DNA of 63,509 nucleotides, the filler included, from Octopus bimaculoides (lineage: Eukaryota), in the NCBI RefSeq assembly GCF_001194135.2. It is 6 parts of 3 records of this genome, joined end to end, with 100 filler letters (N's around TTAATTAATTAA, not from the genome) between each part and the next. Parts side by side here need not be neighbours in the genome. Positions count along the whole stretch, not along the records: positions 27,478 to 41,902 come from NC_069002.1; positions 42,003 to 50,099 come from NC_069002.1; positions 50,200 to 55,870 come from NC_068995.1; 3 more parts are not named here. One strand, written 5' to 3'. The translations under genes and the position numbers were made by a program. Under the pieces are notes generated by a model, which saw only the letters and a list, made by a program, of their open reading frames with translations, made no database searches and was not told where the DNA came from. Shown piece by piece: positions 39,137 through 52,809 of this stretch (positions are counted from its first letter, which is position 1; each line of letters begins with the position of its first letter).

Positions 39137-39411
39137 ATATACTCATATACATACATTTATATATATATATATATATATATGTGTATGTATATTTACTTAT
39201 TTATATATATTAATATATATATGCATATATATACACCCATAGATATATATGTGTATATATACACATATGCATATACATACAAACACACACACATATATAT
39301 ATGTATGTATGCATGTATGTATGTATGTATATATAACTGTAATAGTGAAAATGAGGAAATATGTGTATGCAGAAATAGATGTGTGTATGTGTATGTATGT
39401 GTATCAGTGTA

Positions 39412-39532
<121 letters not shown>

Positions 39533-39833
39533 AAATAACATTCACAGATGGTAACATTCTAAGTATCCAGCCATGTTTGTATAAGAAGTTGCAATGCTGT
39601 TGCTGTTATGGTTGTTGTTCTTTTATCCTGCCATTGCATTTTTACTTATTGTTGTTGTTCGTATTGCTATTTCTGTTTTGTTTGTTCTTTGTTTGCCTTT
39701 CCCCCGCCGTTGCTGTTGATTTTGCTCTTTTTCCATTTTATTGCTGTCGTCGTTTTTGTTGTTGTTTTTATTGTTGTTCTTGTAGTTGTTGTTATTATTA
39801 TTATTACTATCATTTTCATTATTATTATTATTA

Positions 39834-39870
<37 letters not shown>

Positions 39871-39871
<1 letters not shown>

Positions 39872-40070
39872 GAGCTGGCAGGATCGTTAGCACGCCGGGT
39901 AAAATGCTTAGCGGCATTTCGTCCGTCGCTATTTTCTGAGTTCAAATTCCGCCGAGGTCAACTTTGCCTTTCATCCTTTCTGGGTCGATAAAATAAGTAC
40001 CAGTTGATCACTTGGGGTCAATGTAATCGACCCATCCCCACCTCCCCTAAGCTTCCCTTATGGCAAAAAC
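39871..40070 (+). mobile_element. SINE family B, well preserved
   Basis: gagctggcaggatcgttagcacgccgggtaaaatgcttagcggcatttcg...gcctttcatcctttctgggtcgataaaataagtaccag. Confidence 0.85.
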
Positions 40071-40091
40071 TTGAAATTATTATTATTATTA

Positions 40092-40453
40092 TTACCTCCG
40101 CCTTAGCGAAGGTGGAGGTATTGTTATCAGTTCTGTTTGTTTGTTCATCCGTGGACAAGATATCTCAAGAACCACTGGAAGGATTCGTATGAAACTTTCA
40201 GAGATGTTTGGCCTCATGACTGGCACGAACTGATTATACTTTGGGATCGATCTGGAACCGGAAAAGGCTTCTGGATTATTTTTCCTGTTTTTGCTTAATT
40301 TTCGAGAGTGGTTGGGTTCATTTTTGGTATTCTCGTTTGTGAGAGCAGTTGAGTTTATTTCAGATATTCTTATTTCAAAAATCATCTCTGGCTAATCGTT
40401 GAGAGGAAGTTGGTATTGCCTTGGCGGAAGTTTGCACTCTCTGAGTGCTTTTG
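40092..40453 (+). mobile_element. Non-autonomous Helentron-type element (HINE/DINE-1-like architecture)
   Basis: 5' subterminal IR acctccgcc (40094-40102) with partner ggtggaggt (40111-40119), a short tgtt repeat, 3' subterminal IR ggcggaagt (40423-40431) and terminal hairpin gcactc-tct-gagtgc (40434-40448), inserted in a T-rich (ATT)n tract. Confidence 0.7.
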
Positions 40454-40468
40454 TTATTATTATTATTA

Positions 40469-40515
<47 letters not shown>

Positions 40516-40532
40516 GTCATTATTATTATTAT

Positions 40533-40665
40533 TGAGCTGGCAGGATCGTTAGCACGCCTGGCAAAATGCTTAGCGGCATTTCGTCCGTCGCTGTTTTCTG
40601 AGTTCAAATTCTGTCTAGGTCGACTTTGCCATTCATCTTTTCGGAGTCGATAAATTAAGTTCCAG
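40533..40665 (+). mobile_element. SINE family B
   Basis: Near-identical head to 39871, also preceded by (ATT)n. Confidence 0.8.
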
Positions 40666-41064
40666 GGAAACACTGGTTATTATGTTTCGTCGTCGTTGTT
40701 TTGTTTTATGGTAGGTGTCACGTGACTCAATCGGAGACCTCAATGTCAAATGAACATATTTTTTGATGTGGGAGTTATATATGAGTAGCAATGATATGTT
40801 TCCAGGAAAGTCGACCAAATCTTATAAAAAGAAAGATTTCGTTAAATGTTTGTTATATCATTTGCGATTTCGAAATATTAAAAAAAACCTTCAGATATTC
40901 TTAGATTGAAAGTGTTTTTCATATGACGTGGTTTCTACTCATATGAACAGTTTCTTGCGCACCTGATACTTTGGGGTTTCCTGATAAATGGCCATAGTAT
41001 TCCGGAGAACCGTTTGATGTTATCCCTCAAAATTCCGATTATCAAAGACATATTAGGTGAGCAA

Positions 41065-41245
41065 GCAAAATCGTTATCACGACAGGCAAAATGCTTAGCG
41101 GCATTACGTTGTGAGTTAAGATTCCTCCGAGGTCGACTTTGCCTTTCATCCTTTCGGGATCGATGAATTAAGTACCAGTTACGCACTGGTGTCGAGGTAA
41201 TCGACTAGTTGTTCCATCTCCAAATTTCAGGATTTGTGCCTATAG
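41065..41245 (+). mobile_element. SINE family B
   Basis: aaatcgttatcacgacaggcaaaatgcttagcggc...gaggtcgactttgcctttcatcctttcgggatcgatgaattaagtaccag. Confidence 0.8.
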
Positions 41246-41623
41246 TAAAATTGATTATTATTATTGTTGTTGTTGCTTTTGTTCTTAAAGCTACCACTGC
41301 TACTGCTGCTGTTGCAGTTGTTACTTCCGCTGTTACAACTGCTACTACTACTACTGACCAAAAATTTTTTTTTAATCTCCTATAAATCTCCAGCCAGTCA
41401 GAAGTAAGAGAGGCACAACTGCATAATGAAATCCTGGTTGCCACTGAAATTAAGTTTAAAACAAAAAAGAAAAAAGAGAAGAAAGTAAAGACGGAGGATG
41501 GTCACTGTTGGAACGTATTTAAGTTTCATTTCACCGTCCCATCAGAACAATGGAAAACAAATACCACCACCATTACAACCGCCATTACAACTACAAAGCA
41601 AAACATTCCCCGTCAAATCTCAG

Positions 41624-41752
41624 CCAATCACGTCGAACACGGAGACGTAAATTTGCATAACAAAGTCTTGTTTGCCACTGTTATTAAGTTTATGACAAAA
41701 ACAAAAGATGGGATGATCACAGCTGGAGCGCGCTTAAACAGAGGCTTGACAG
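41624..41752. promoter_or_regulatory. Candidate enhancer: CCAAT, exact POU-Sox composite ATTTGCATAACAAAG, TTTATGAC, E-box and TGACAG
   Basis: Motifs at 41624-41628, 41651-41665, 41689-41696, 41720-41725 and 41747-41752, in sequence not recognised as a repeat. Confidence 0.4.
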
Positions 41753-42002
41753 CTCTAGTCAATACAATTATTACTACTACCACCACCACCACCACTGCCG
41801 CAGCCGCCGCTACCGCCACCATCATGCGTTTAGGATCCAGATTCAAATCAATGCTCACCAATCAAGTAAACAAAAACGATGATACGAGTGTTGTTTATTG
41901 TGNNNNNNNNNNNNNNNNNNNNNNNNNNNNNNNNNNNNNNNNNNNNTTAATTAATTAANNNNNNNNNNNNNNNNNNNNNNNNNNNNNNNNNNNNNNNNNN
42001 NN

Positions 42003-42033
<31 letters not shown>

Positions 42034-42546
42034 GAAACGTATAGATATAACTAGTTATATGAAAACTTTATATGTGATGCATATGTATGTTTATATAGAT
42101 ATATATTTGTATGTTTGCTTAATCATGTATGTTGAAATTTATGTATGCGCGTATGTGTGTACATAGAAATGTGAAAACGTTTTATTTATGGTTGACTAGT
42201 TTCAACCTTTTAATGGAATTTTATATTTGGAGACATTGATAATAAAATGTTTTGCAGTGAAAAATGTGTCTCAGAGATCAGAAGTTTTCAAAATCATATT
42301 TATAACGGTGTTTGCTGTTTGCTTGCCTGTGTGAATTGTCAACATATACAGACGAGTAGAAAAGGCAATGTACATATCTACGCATATACGTATGTTACTT
42401 GCGTTGCAAAAATACACAATACACACACAGAGATATATAAACACAAGCACATACGTCCATCCATCCATACATCCATACATACATACCTACATATAAAAGT
42501 GTGTGTGTGTGTGTGTATGTGTGTGTGTGTGTGTGTGTCTGTGTGT

Positions 42547-42588
<42 letters not shown>

Positions 42589-42751
42589 NNNNNNNNNNTA
42601 TGTATATAGATAGATAGAGAGAGAGAGAGAAAGAGAGAGAGAGAAAGAGAGAGAGAGAGGGGGGGGATATTATATCTATTATATGTATTATATATATTGA
42701 TATATATATAGAGAGAGAGAGTGAGAGAGAGATTGAGACATGAAGCATGAC

Positions 42752-42793
<42 letters not shown>

Positions 42794-42891
42794 TACTCAT
42801 ATATCTTTATATATAGGCATATATGCATATGTATATCTATGTGTGTGTAGGTGTGTGTATGCATATATATATGTGTGTGTGTGTGTGTGTT

Positions 42892-42959
<68 letters not shown>

Positions 42960-43092
42960 CACATAAATGTATATATATAGTATTATATATATATGGTACT
43001 ATATATATAGAAATATATATATAGATATAAATATATAGATACATATATATGTATACATATATATGTATACATATACATATATAGTTGTATAT

Positions 43093-43145
<53 letters not shown>

Positions 43146-45873
43146 AATATGACGCTAATTTTTGAAATATGTAAGTAGAATTTTTATATTTTTATATCTT
43201 ATTAGAAGCTGAATTGTCTTGAATCCTAATTCAGAGTTTTACGTTTCTTATTGGTTATTCATACGACTGAAGTTGGGAAACGGCGTGACAATATATATGC
43301 AAAAATATTCGCAAATGCATCAAAATATAATTAGACCTCTTTGGTTGCCGAGAAACCATATGAAAATGTATTTCATATTCATCTATTTCATTTCCATGCA
43401 TAGAACACGTGATATATTCAGGTATTCATGTATAAAATCGAGCTGTTTTCATGTCTTCAGTTTTATATTTATGAAAATTACGTAAACAAGCAAAACTGCT
43501 ATTTTTAATGAAAATTTGGTGTAGAAGTATTTGAATTTTATTTCTTTGTTACATGCTCATTTTTGGACAAATCCATTATGTGGGAGAAAAAAATTTTAAC
43601 CAGGTGGTAGTTGGAGATTCCGTAATAAATATTGATTTATGTGTCGACAAGAATTCATCAAAAATTCCGAACTTTTATTAAAAGTTGCAAAATAATATAT
43701 GATTTTTTATTGTTTGCATTACAAAGACCACAATTATCATCGCAAGAATATGTATCCATGATCCATTGAGGCCAATTGATTTTAGAATTGTCAATATTAT
43801 CATTATTTAAACACAAGATCTATTTTAATAGTTAAACGGTGAGCTTTATTCCTTAGTTTCCGTGTATTGCGTGAAACCTTTCTTAAAGAGATTTTCAATA
43901 AACCATTTAAACTTTTTCATAGAATTTTTCTGTTTTCTGCAAGGAGTATCTTGGATCGATGATTTCATATTTTGGAAAATCTCGTACGGGTGAAATGACA
44001 GATATTTGGATTATTACAGTTACACAAAAAAGAGATTAACGTGTTCGTACTGGAAATTAATTTACCGAACATTCTCCATAGAAGGTATTACAAAAGAAGC
44101 TAAAGCTGAAACAGCGATCCCTGCAAAGAATGTCCCAATATTATGCGTAAATTATTAAGAAACAACAGTCAACCGCGAAAGAGTATAGCTTGGTCAGTTG
44201 TACCATGTTTTCACAACTGTTTTTAGGTGCCTATGTAGTCGCGAACAGATACACACACTTTCTTACTAGTTTACCCAGCGGCACATGCAGGATGTGATAA
44301 GTAGAGGGAGAGTGAACTGCACAGCACTCGACTGATGATAAATTTATCGACCCCGAAAAGATGAAAGGCAAAGTCGACCTCCACGAATTCTTTTCAATTA
44401 AATGCAGCAGCCATGAACTTTTTGATGCAACTATGGAATGATACGATAGAACTGAGATTTATGAATTAATAGTTTCATAAACTACATATGAAATTTGACA
44501 TGAAGAAATAAAGAAATAGTATGTTTTCCCATGGATAAACATATCAAAATGTCTGTATAATGATTGCACATCTACATTCGTGTATTTGCTGGCATATTAA
44601 TTAGATGAAACGAGTAACACTTCAGTAACATGAAATTACAGAGACGATCCTTAAACCCTACATGGGAGTACGGCCTAATTTCTTCAAACGGAGAAGAGTA
44701 GCTGTGAACAAATTGTAAGACACGAAACATTACAAACAGGCAATTTATTGATTTAGGAACGATAGCTAATCTACCCATGATCGTGTTTCTTCACTTCAAA
44801 ACCGATAACTTTTCAGTTCCAACATTTCTAGTCCCTACATCACGTTACATTTCCTCTTAATGATCATACTCACACAAACAGAAATTTCTCTAGACGCTAA
44901 CAACATCACTAAAGACCTCAACAGAATCAATGACTGTAAATATTCCTATGATCTGACATGTTGTGCATTAAGATATGTATATAGTGTATCTGTATTCATC
45001 GATCGATATTGATTGTACTGTACAGAAGTGAGGGTAAAGCATTTTCGAAAGCGGTGGAGTAATATCGATATCAGTAAGCTGGGACTTCTCATACAGTTCC
45101 AATGTTTAAATGACATCTTAAGCAGCAATGCTTAGCAAGAAAAAATGCTTGCCCACTAAAACAGAACACGTAGTATTCCTCCTGTCATAAAATATCTTTA
45201 TTGAACATTGGAAGAGATAGACTAAACTTAGCGACGGAAAGTAAATGAGAAACGTTATGTCACGTGCTATTGTAGCCAGAATAAAAACGACGATGAAGCA
45301 CGAAATATTTAACTTTAAAACAAACTATGCACTCAGGAGAAGTGTGTGGCCATATGGGTCGCTTTTGATGAAAGCAAACCTTTTCATGGTATGTTGTCGT
45401 AAGTGGCGGATATTTCCTGCCAATGATCACGACCCAACCAGAAAAAGTATTGAAAAACTATTAAGCATACAACAAACAACAGCAACCCTAGGATCAATGT
45501 GACCACTAAAAATACGTCCAAACACTTCCAACAAAGGAGTGCTTGTTCTAGATACAGAACCATGACTAGAAAGTATAAACGACAAAAGACAGCTCTTCCA
45601 TTTACATTTTGTGAAATCTTTGGTTATTAAGCATTCAGTTCTTTGGAGCTATGCTATGTCAATAGATGTGAAAATAAACATCTTCAGAGCTGATCTTGTT
45701 AGGATAATGAAATATGTAACCCGTATGTGTTAACCTTATAAACTTGTTTGGAAAAAAACACGTGATTGTGATTTCTCAACAACATGGTATACTTTGATCA
45801 ATTTTACTTTACAACATACAGAACACAAAAGACAATTTTGTACACATACGTACGCATATATAAGATAGATAGG

Positions 45874-45946
<73 letters not shown>

Positions 45947-45955
45947 CGATAGATC

Positions 45956-45999
<44 letters not shown>

Positions 46000-46000
46000 T

Positions 46001-46032
<32 letters not shown>

Positions 46033-46733
46033 ATAGATATGTGTGTGTATGTGTGTGTATGTGTGTGTGTGTTTATTTGTATGTATGTATATTTGTATGT
46101 ATATTCAAAGTTTTCTGTTATGAATAAATATGTATATATATAAATATATATATATATATATNNNNNNNNNNNNNNNNNNNNNNNNNNNNNNNNNNNNNNN
46201 NNNNNNNNNNNNNNNNNNNNNNNNNNNNNNNNNNNNNNNNNNNNNNNNNNNNNNNNNNNNNNNNNNNNNNNNNNNNNNNNNNNNNNNNNNNNNNNNNNNN
46301 NNNNNNNNNNNNNNNNNNNNNNNNNNNNNNNNNNNNNNNNNNNNNNNNNNNNNNNNNNNNNNNNNNNNNNNNNNNNNNNNNNNNNNNNNNNNNNNNNNNN
46401 NNNNNNNNNNNNNNNNNNNNNNNNNNNNNNNNNNNNNNNNNNNNNNNNNNNNNNNNNNNNNNNNNNNNNNNNNNNNNNNNNNNNNNNNNNNNNNNNNNNN
46501 NNNNNNNNNNNNNNNNNNNNNNNNNNNNNNNNNNNNNNNNNNNNNNNNNNNNNNNNNNNNNNNNNNNNNNNNNNNNNNNNNNNNNNNNNNNNNNNNNNNN
46601 NNNNNNNNNNNNNNNNNNNNNNNNNNNNNNNNNNNNNNNNNNNNNNNNNNNNNNNNNNNNNNNNNNNNNNNNNNNNNNNNNNNNNNNNNNNNNNNNNNNN
46701 NNNNNNNNNNNNNNNNNNNNNNNNNNNNNNNNN

Positions 46734-46783
<50 letters not shown>

Positions 46784-47073
46784 TGTGTATGTGTGTGAAT
46801 ATGTGTGAGTGTGAGCGTTTTATGAGTATGTATGTATATACCTGCGTGATTGTATCTGTATATACGTGTGTCTGTTTATGTGTATTGTTGCGTGTGCAGG
46901 GATACAAGTTTTATTGTGTATATACACATATACACAAGCAACAGATAAATGCACATCCGCATTTATTTATTAATTTCAAATGTTCATATGTATGTATACA
47001 CGAGATAATACACACGTAATTGCATTTCTGTTGACATAACACTTATATATACATTCGTGTGTGAAAATCGAGG

Positions 47074-47111
<38 letters not shown>

Positions 47112-47789
47112 TCTGTATCGACCAATGGATACACACACATACATGCATACACACACACCTACATACATATATGTATAGATATACATACAGCGTGATCTGG
47201 GTTTCACGCTGTTGTATATGTGGGTGTACGTTTATATATATCTGTACATATACGTATGTAGTTGTGTGTGTATGCATGTGTGTGTGTGTCCATTGGTCGA
47301 TGCAGATGTGTATGTGTCATTTAATAAACACAGTATTTAAGAAGAGCTAATATTGGTTTCATGGTGTGAAAACACAATAAACAGACAAGCTTGTCTATCA
47401 AGTCTTGTATTCCCAAGCAACCTGTTAGACTCGGATATACATGATTGGTCTTATTTGAAAATATGAGGACGGACTCGGGACATTGGAAAGTCAAATAAAC
47501 GCGAAAGGGAACTAGTCTTTGAGAAAACATGAGAAACTACAAGAGTAAGGTTAAAGCTGAAGGTGGAATAAGAAAAAAGACCAGCATCCTCTCTTGATCT
47601 TTTTTTTTTATCAAAAATACTAGCCGTGTTGTATGTGTGAGTGTGAAAGATTGCTTGGAATCACAAGGTTTGATATATAATTTATATATCAAGCCAGTTT
47701 ATTGTTTTCACAGCATGAAACTAATTGTAGCTCAAATTTAGATACTGTCTATATTGAATGATGATCATCTTTCAACGGATGGAATTCTC

Positions 47790-48860
47790 TTCTGTTAATC
47801 CCACCCAAATGAAACAGAATTTATAATCTGGATATAGAATTTAGAGGCTTCGAAGCAGTTATCCATAGTTATCCCTTTACTCTTTGATTTTCAAAGAAGT
47901 ATTTACGTCAGCAGGACAGCTGACCTCTATGACGGTCCATAATTGTTCTTGTCTGTCCCAAACATCAATCTCCAGCCTGTTATATTTACACTTAACAGAT
48001 ATTTCGATAGGAATGCGCCACCAGTATTTCTAGTGTTGGTATTTCTATTCAATAACGGAGTTTCTCTATATTTTTATTCCAGGCCAGTTTTTTATCTGAA
48101 CGTCATTGTATATCACTTTCGTGGCAACACCGTGTCGCACAGGGATATAGACCCTTGATGATATTCTGGGGCAGCTGCTAAACACATGTATGATGTTTCT
48201 AAAGAAATATGACATACTTTACATTTCCAGTTGCATGTTGGAGCTTCAAGGACTTGACTGTCTCTTTTGTTTATTAGGTATTCCGTAACAATCCTCTGTT
48301 CTTGGATTGCAAATGCAAGCCTTCGAAATGTAATGTGGCATAGCGGTGACGAGTCCAAGGGAGGTTTCGCTTCATGTCTATATTACTGTCTTCTTCAAGT
48401 CTTCGAGGAACGTACCCATGCAAGGTTTTTTCTGACGGTGTGTATACTGAGTGTCTCCTCACATCGAGGTCTTCTTTGAGGTATATTAGCCAGCTGCTTA
48501 GGGGTTGTATGGAAGCTCATGAAGAAGAGTGTGCTTGCTGAAGAGCTTGCTGAAGTGCTTGCTGAAGAGCTTGCTGTCGACACGTAGGACAACGTTCTCT
48601 TCACTTTTCGACACTAAGTTAATGGATTTATTTTTACTCCTGTTGTTTAGTAAGTACTGTCTGAAAAAGACTATACGATATACGATGGCTGTCTGCACCG
48701 ATCCCAAGCCTCCACCTCCTTCATCTCTTCTTAGGTAGAGACTGTCGACATCACTATCTCAGTGGACATTTCCAGCTGATGACGGTATCTTGCAAGGTTT
48801 TAAAGTCTACGGAAATGGATTCCTTCTACAAGCCCGTCAAGTATCCCAAATGTTGGAATC
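47790..48860 (-). mobile_element. R4/Dong-clade retrotransposon 3' half (post-RT region, CCHC finger, restriction-like endonuclease), decayed
   Basis: SDVDSLYLRRDEGGGGL; FAIQEQRIVTEYL...CKVC...; YWWRIPIEISVKCKYNRLEIDVWD...VIEVSCPADVN. These match DxLYxxRxEGGRGL, AIQEQxIxT and NRPDIV...IIDVxxP. Confidence 0.8.
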
Positions 48861-49321
48861 AGCACTGGTAATGCAAATGCATTGTGGGATATTGTGGGAT
48901 ATTATAAGAGATTTCCAACTGCCATAATTTAATATGTATATAAGTATGCATGCATGTATATATGTATGTATGTATATATGTATGTATGTATATATGTGTG
49001 TATGTGCAGACATATGATTATACATGTGTATGTATACATCTGCCGAATTTAATGTGTTTTTTTTACTGAACCTTATCTCCTTCCCAAACTACCCTCTATT
49101 TAAGAGTCAGGCTATTTGAAAAATACGCAATTTTCCTTATTAATTATTAATTTTTAATCGAACATTCCAGAAAGAAATGTAATTCACTCAATACACGAAA
49201 CAAGTTCTGATTTGAAGTAACTCTAAGAAATTGTCTTCCACGAATATCACAGCCCCTGAGTCAATTGTATCTTTCTGCTGAATAAAATACTTAAAAGTAC
49301 ATAGTTACACCCACACACACA

Positions 49322-49423
<102 letters not shown>

Positions 49424-49668
49424 ATGTTTTTTTGTTATGGCCGGTCAAAAAGTTACCATTAGTTTCACGTCCATTATTGCACTTAGCAATATAGGCGTCA
49501 CATCAGACCTACTGCCGGAGGCACATAACCTCTTTACTAATAGAGCTAAGAAAACGGTCTTGGTAAACCAGGGTTGTGAAATAAGAGCCCTAAAGCGGAA
49601 GTCTTCTGAGTGAAAACCCTTATTGGGTGAGATGCAGTAATCTCCCTTTGAAGACATGGCTTTACCGC

Positions 49669-49699
<31 letters not shown>

Positions 49700-49716
49700 C
49701 ATGTATGCGTGTGTGT

Positions 49717-49755
<39 letters not shown>

Positions 49756-49767
49756 CATATATATATA

Positions 49768-50090
49768 GAAGCACTCCGTCGGTTACGACGACGAGCGTCC
49801 CAGCTGATACTATCAACGGAACAGCCTGCTCGTGAAATTAACGTGCAAGTGTCTGAGTACTCCACAGACACATGTACCCTTAATGTAGTTCTCAGGGAGA
49901 TTCAGCGTGACACAGAGTGTGACAAGGCTGGCCCCTTTGAATTACAGGTACTACTCATTTTTGCCAGCTGAGTGCACTGGAACAACGTGGAATAAAGTGT
50001 CTTACTCAAGGACACAATGCGTCGCCGAGAATTGAACTCACGACTTTACGATCGTGAGTAGATGCCTAACTATTAAGCCACGCACCTCCA
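49768..50090 (-). mobile_element. SINE family C
   Basis: The reverse complement has a tRNA-like head (ggcttaatagttagg...gtgagttcaattctcggc) and ccttgagtaagacac...ttgttccagtgcactcagctggcaaaaatgagtag. Confidence 0.75.
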
Positions 50091-50202
50091 CATTTTATAN
50101 NNNNNNNNNNNNNNNNNNNNNNNNNNNNNNNNNNNNNNNNNNNTTAATTAATTAANNNNNNNNNNNNNNNNNNNNNNNNNNNNNNNNNNNNNNNNNNNNA
50201 TA

Positions 50203-50490
50203 TATACTCTTTACTCTTTTACTTGTTTCAGTCATTTGACTGTGGCCATGCTGGAGCACCGCCTTTAATCGAGCAAATCGACCCCATGACTTATTCTTTA
50301 TAAGCCTAGTACTTATTCTATCGGTCTCTTTTGCCGAACCGCTGAGTTACGGGGACGTAAACACCCCAGCATCGGTTTTCAAGCGATGTTGGGGGGGGGG
50401 GACAAACACAGACACGCAAACATATGCACGCACATACATATATATATACATATATACGACGGGTTTCTTTCGGTTTCCGTCTACCAGCAT
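50203..50490 (-). mobile_element. SINE family A body and tail
   Basis: tactcttttacttgtttcagtcatttgactgtggccatgctggagcaccgcc... Confidence 0.85.
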
Positions 50491-50564
50491 TAGACGATCG
50501 TACTATTCTCGGTTGTACGTGTGAGAATTGTTGCCCAGATATTTGTGAATCTCTCAATGGTAAC

Positions 50565-50860
50565 AACTAAGATAGCAGGTGCCTTTGCCAAATGTTGACA
50601 CTTCAGCAGCTTTGAGTGGGGAATAGCGTCGAATACTTTCCTATCATCAAGCCATACTGTCGCAAGGCTTCTATAGTGTTTTCATCCTTCAGACAATACA
50701 GTTTTGTTTATGAAAAGTTGATTGGCAAATCAGAATACCCTCTTTTCCAATTGCCTGCTCAACAGTTGTTAAATCTGCAATGATCTTGGAAGAGTTAGTT
50801 GTGGTAGCTTATGTATAGTTTGTACATAACGTTTAGGCAAGTAATAGGCCTATAGTTTTC
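50565..50860 (-). mobile_element. R4/Dong-clade RT fragment, collinear with 47790-48860
   Basis: PENYRPITCLNVMYKLY; NQLFINKTVL; VWLDDRKVFDAIPH. Confidence 0.8.
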
Positions 50861-51189
50861 TGGAAACTTCTGAATCCATAAAAGAATTAGAAAAGAAATT
50901 TCGAGCAAAGAAACAAATCTGAAAGCAAAAAGCCTCAAAGTTAGCTTTAAAAATAGTTTTAGTAAGCAGGAAAACAGATAGGATTCTTCTACTACCAAGG
51001 AAATAGCCTTGCTAGTTATGTAGAAGAGGTGTCGGTAGAAATTCCTTATACTGCATCGAGTGTAAACTATAGACACTCAGGAGGTGCAAGGATCACAGGC
51101 GGGTTAGCAGGTAGACTTTGTATGTGGAAGACGTGCAGGAGCAACAAACACTAAGAGCACACAAAAGATCTTTAAAGATAGTAGGTAGC

Positions 51190-51720
51190 TGTTCCTAGGT
51201 GGCCTAATTAGCAATAGAGTAGGACATTCTGAAAATATGGTAGCTAAAGTAAGAATAGGCTGGAGAAAATTCAAAAGACCATTACCTCCGTTGGCAACAA
51301 AAGCTTTCTCTCTCAGAGGAAACGGCTGACTGTATGATGATTGTATAATGTTAAATGGTAATGAAATGTGATCTCTCTCTCTGAATGCAGAGGACATGGA
51401 AATACTAGGAAGACATAAAGCTAACATGCTTTTCGGGATGTGCAACGTAAATGTGCATGAATGATGAAATAGAAATATGTTGAGAGAAAAACTGGGCATA
51501 AAGAATATGATGTAGTGTGCCAAAGAGAAGACTGCGTTGGTATGGGTATATAATATGTATAGATGAAGGGAATTGTATAAAGAAGTGCCGATCTTTTTAT
51601 GTGGATACAGTTTGTTGAAGAGTGAAAAACCAGGAAGAAATGAGGTAGTGAAGGCTGTCCTCAGAATTTTAAGTCTTGCGGAGAAGATGATAAAGGAGAG
51701 ATGATCAGTGATGATTGGTG
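51190..51720 (+). mobile_element. RTE-clade LINE ORF2 C-terminal relic; an RTE-type 3' tail fragment follows at about 52180-52290
   Basis: FLGGLIS...KVRIGWRKF..PL..KAFSLRG..LY...GNE.WSL..ED...MCNV...LGI...RLRWYG in broken frames. Confidence 0.7.
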
Positions 51721-52809
51721 ACCTAGAAGACATGCCTATCATGACAAAATAGCTTCGGAAAGTGCCAGTGAACTCTCCCGCTTCCCTCAACTTCATATTT
51801 ACCTTCGACCATCGACCCATCCATGTTCACCATTCACCGCTACACACATTTCTAGTCATCACTCTGCCCACGCACGCTTATAACTTACTCACCTAGCCTT
51901 CCCAATCTTCTGGCCCCACACTCTCTTCTATGTATTTCTTGTACCCTAACAGCACACCCTGGTGCCTAATCATCATCATCTTTGTCTCTCTCTTTCCAGA
52001 TCTTTACATCCACTCATCCTTATATAATGCGAGGTGCCCATATATCCCCTCTACAGCAAGAGACCAGTTCCTGTCCTTTCTGTCACACTTTATCCCCTCA
52101 GTACTGAGTACAAAGCCACTTCCATCCCTGCTATACAGCCACTCACTAGAATCTTTTTTATCTTGCAAGCTACATGGCAACCGTGCTAGTGCTGGTGCTA
52201 CGAAAATAGTATCCAGTACACTTCGTAGAGTGGTCGACTTTAGGAAGATCGTCCAGCCATAGAAACCATGTCAAAGCAGATATTGGAATATAATGCAGTA
52301 CTCCGACAAAATGAATCATATCGAACCGTTCAATAACTAGATAGTCGTGAGTATGTTTGAGCGCGGACCTGCCTTTCTTTTCTTAAACTGTTGATGTGAC
52401 TTGGAAGAGAATACGATGTTGTTAATAGCACGTCGAACAAAAGCGTAGACCTGTAGTATTAGCTTTAGTTAAAACATGCATTTTTGGACTTCAACGTAGG
52501 CTCAGGCGACACTGTCAGTTTACAGCTTTACTCGGTCTGTGATCGGCTGAACTAACTAGCTCCCTCGGACAAGCGTTCTCTACTACGTCCGATTGTCTCT
52601 TACATAATGTGCTTGCCGCCATGATTCAATCTTGTTCCTTAACTTCCTCCGTCTTGTTGATTGCTATTGAACTGCTGTCTTTATGTGGAACACGTGTATT
52701 TTGCCGTCTTGCAGCGATGTCTTCCCTCCTGTTTGATGAGGGATTGTCGTAGGTTTGTGCCGTCGTAATGGAATATGAAGATTTGAGTTCTTCTTCTTCT
52801 TCGGACTTT

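Noticed and set aside
41947-41958. Recurring palindromic TTAATTAATTAA (5 copies), superficially a spaced repeat array
   Set aside because: It is always embedded in N spacers of about 100 bp, so it is a scaffolding marker. It also means order and distance across these five joins are inferred.
44560-45620. Weak LINE-like peptides (SLDANNITKDLNRIND; RTE-like W.YG)
   Set aside because: Too degraded to classify. Likely LINE relics but not supportable as features.
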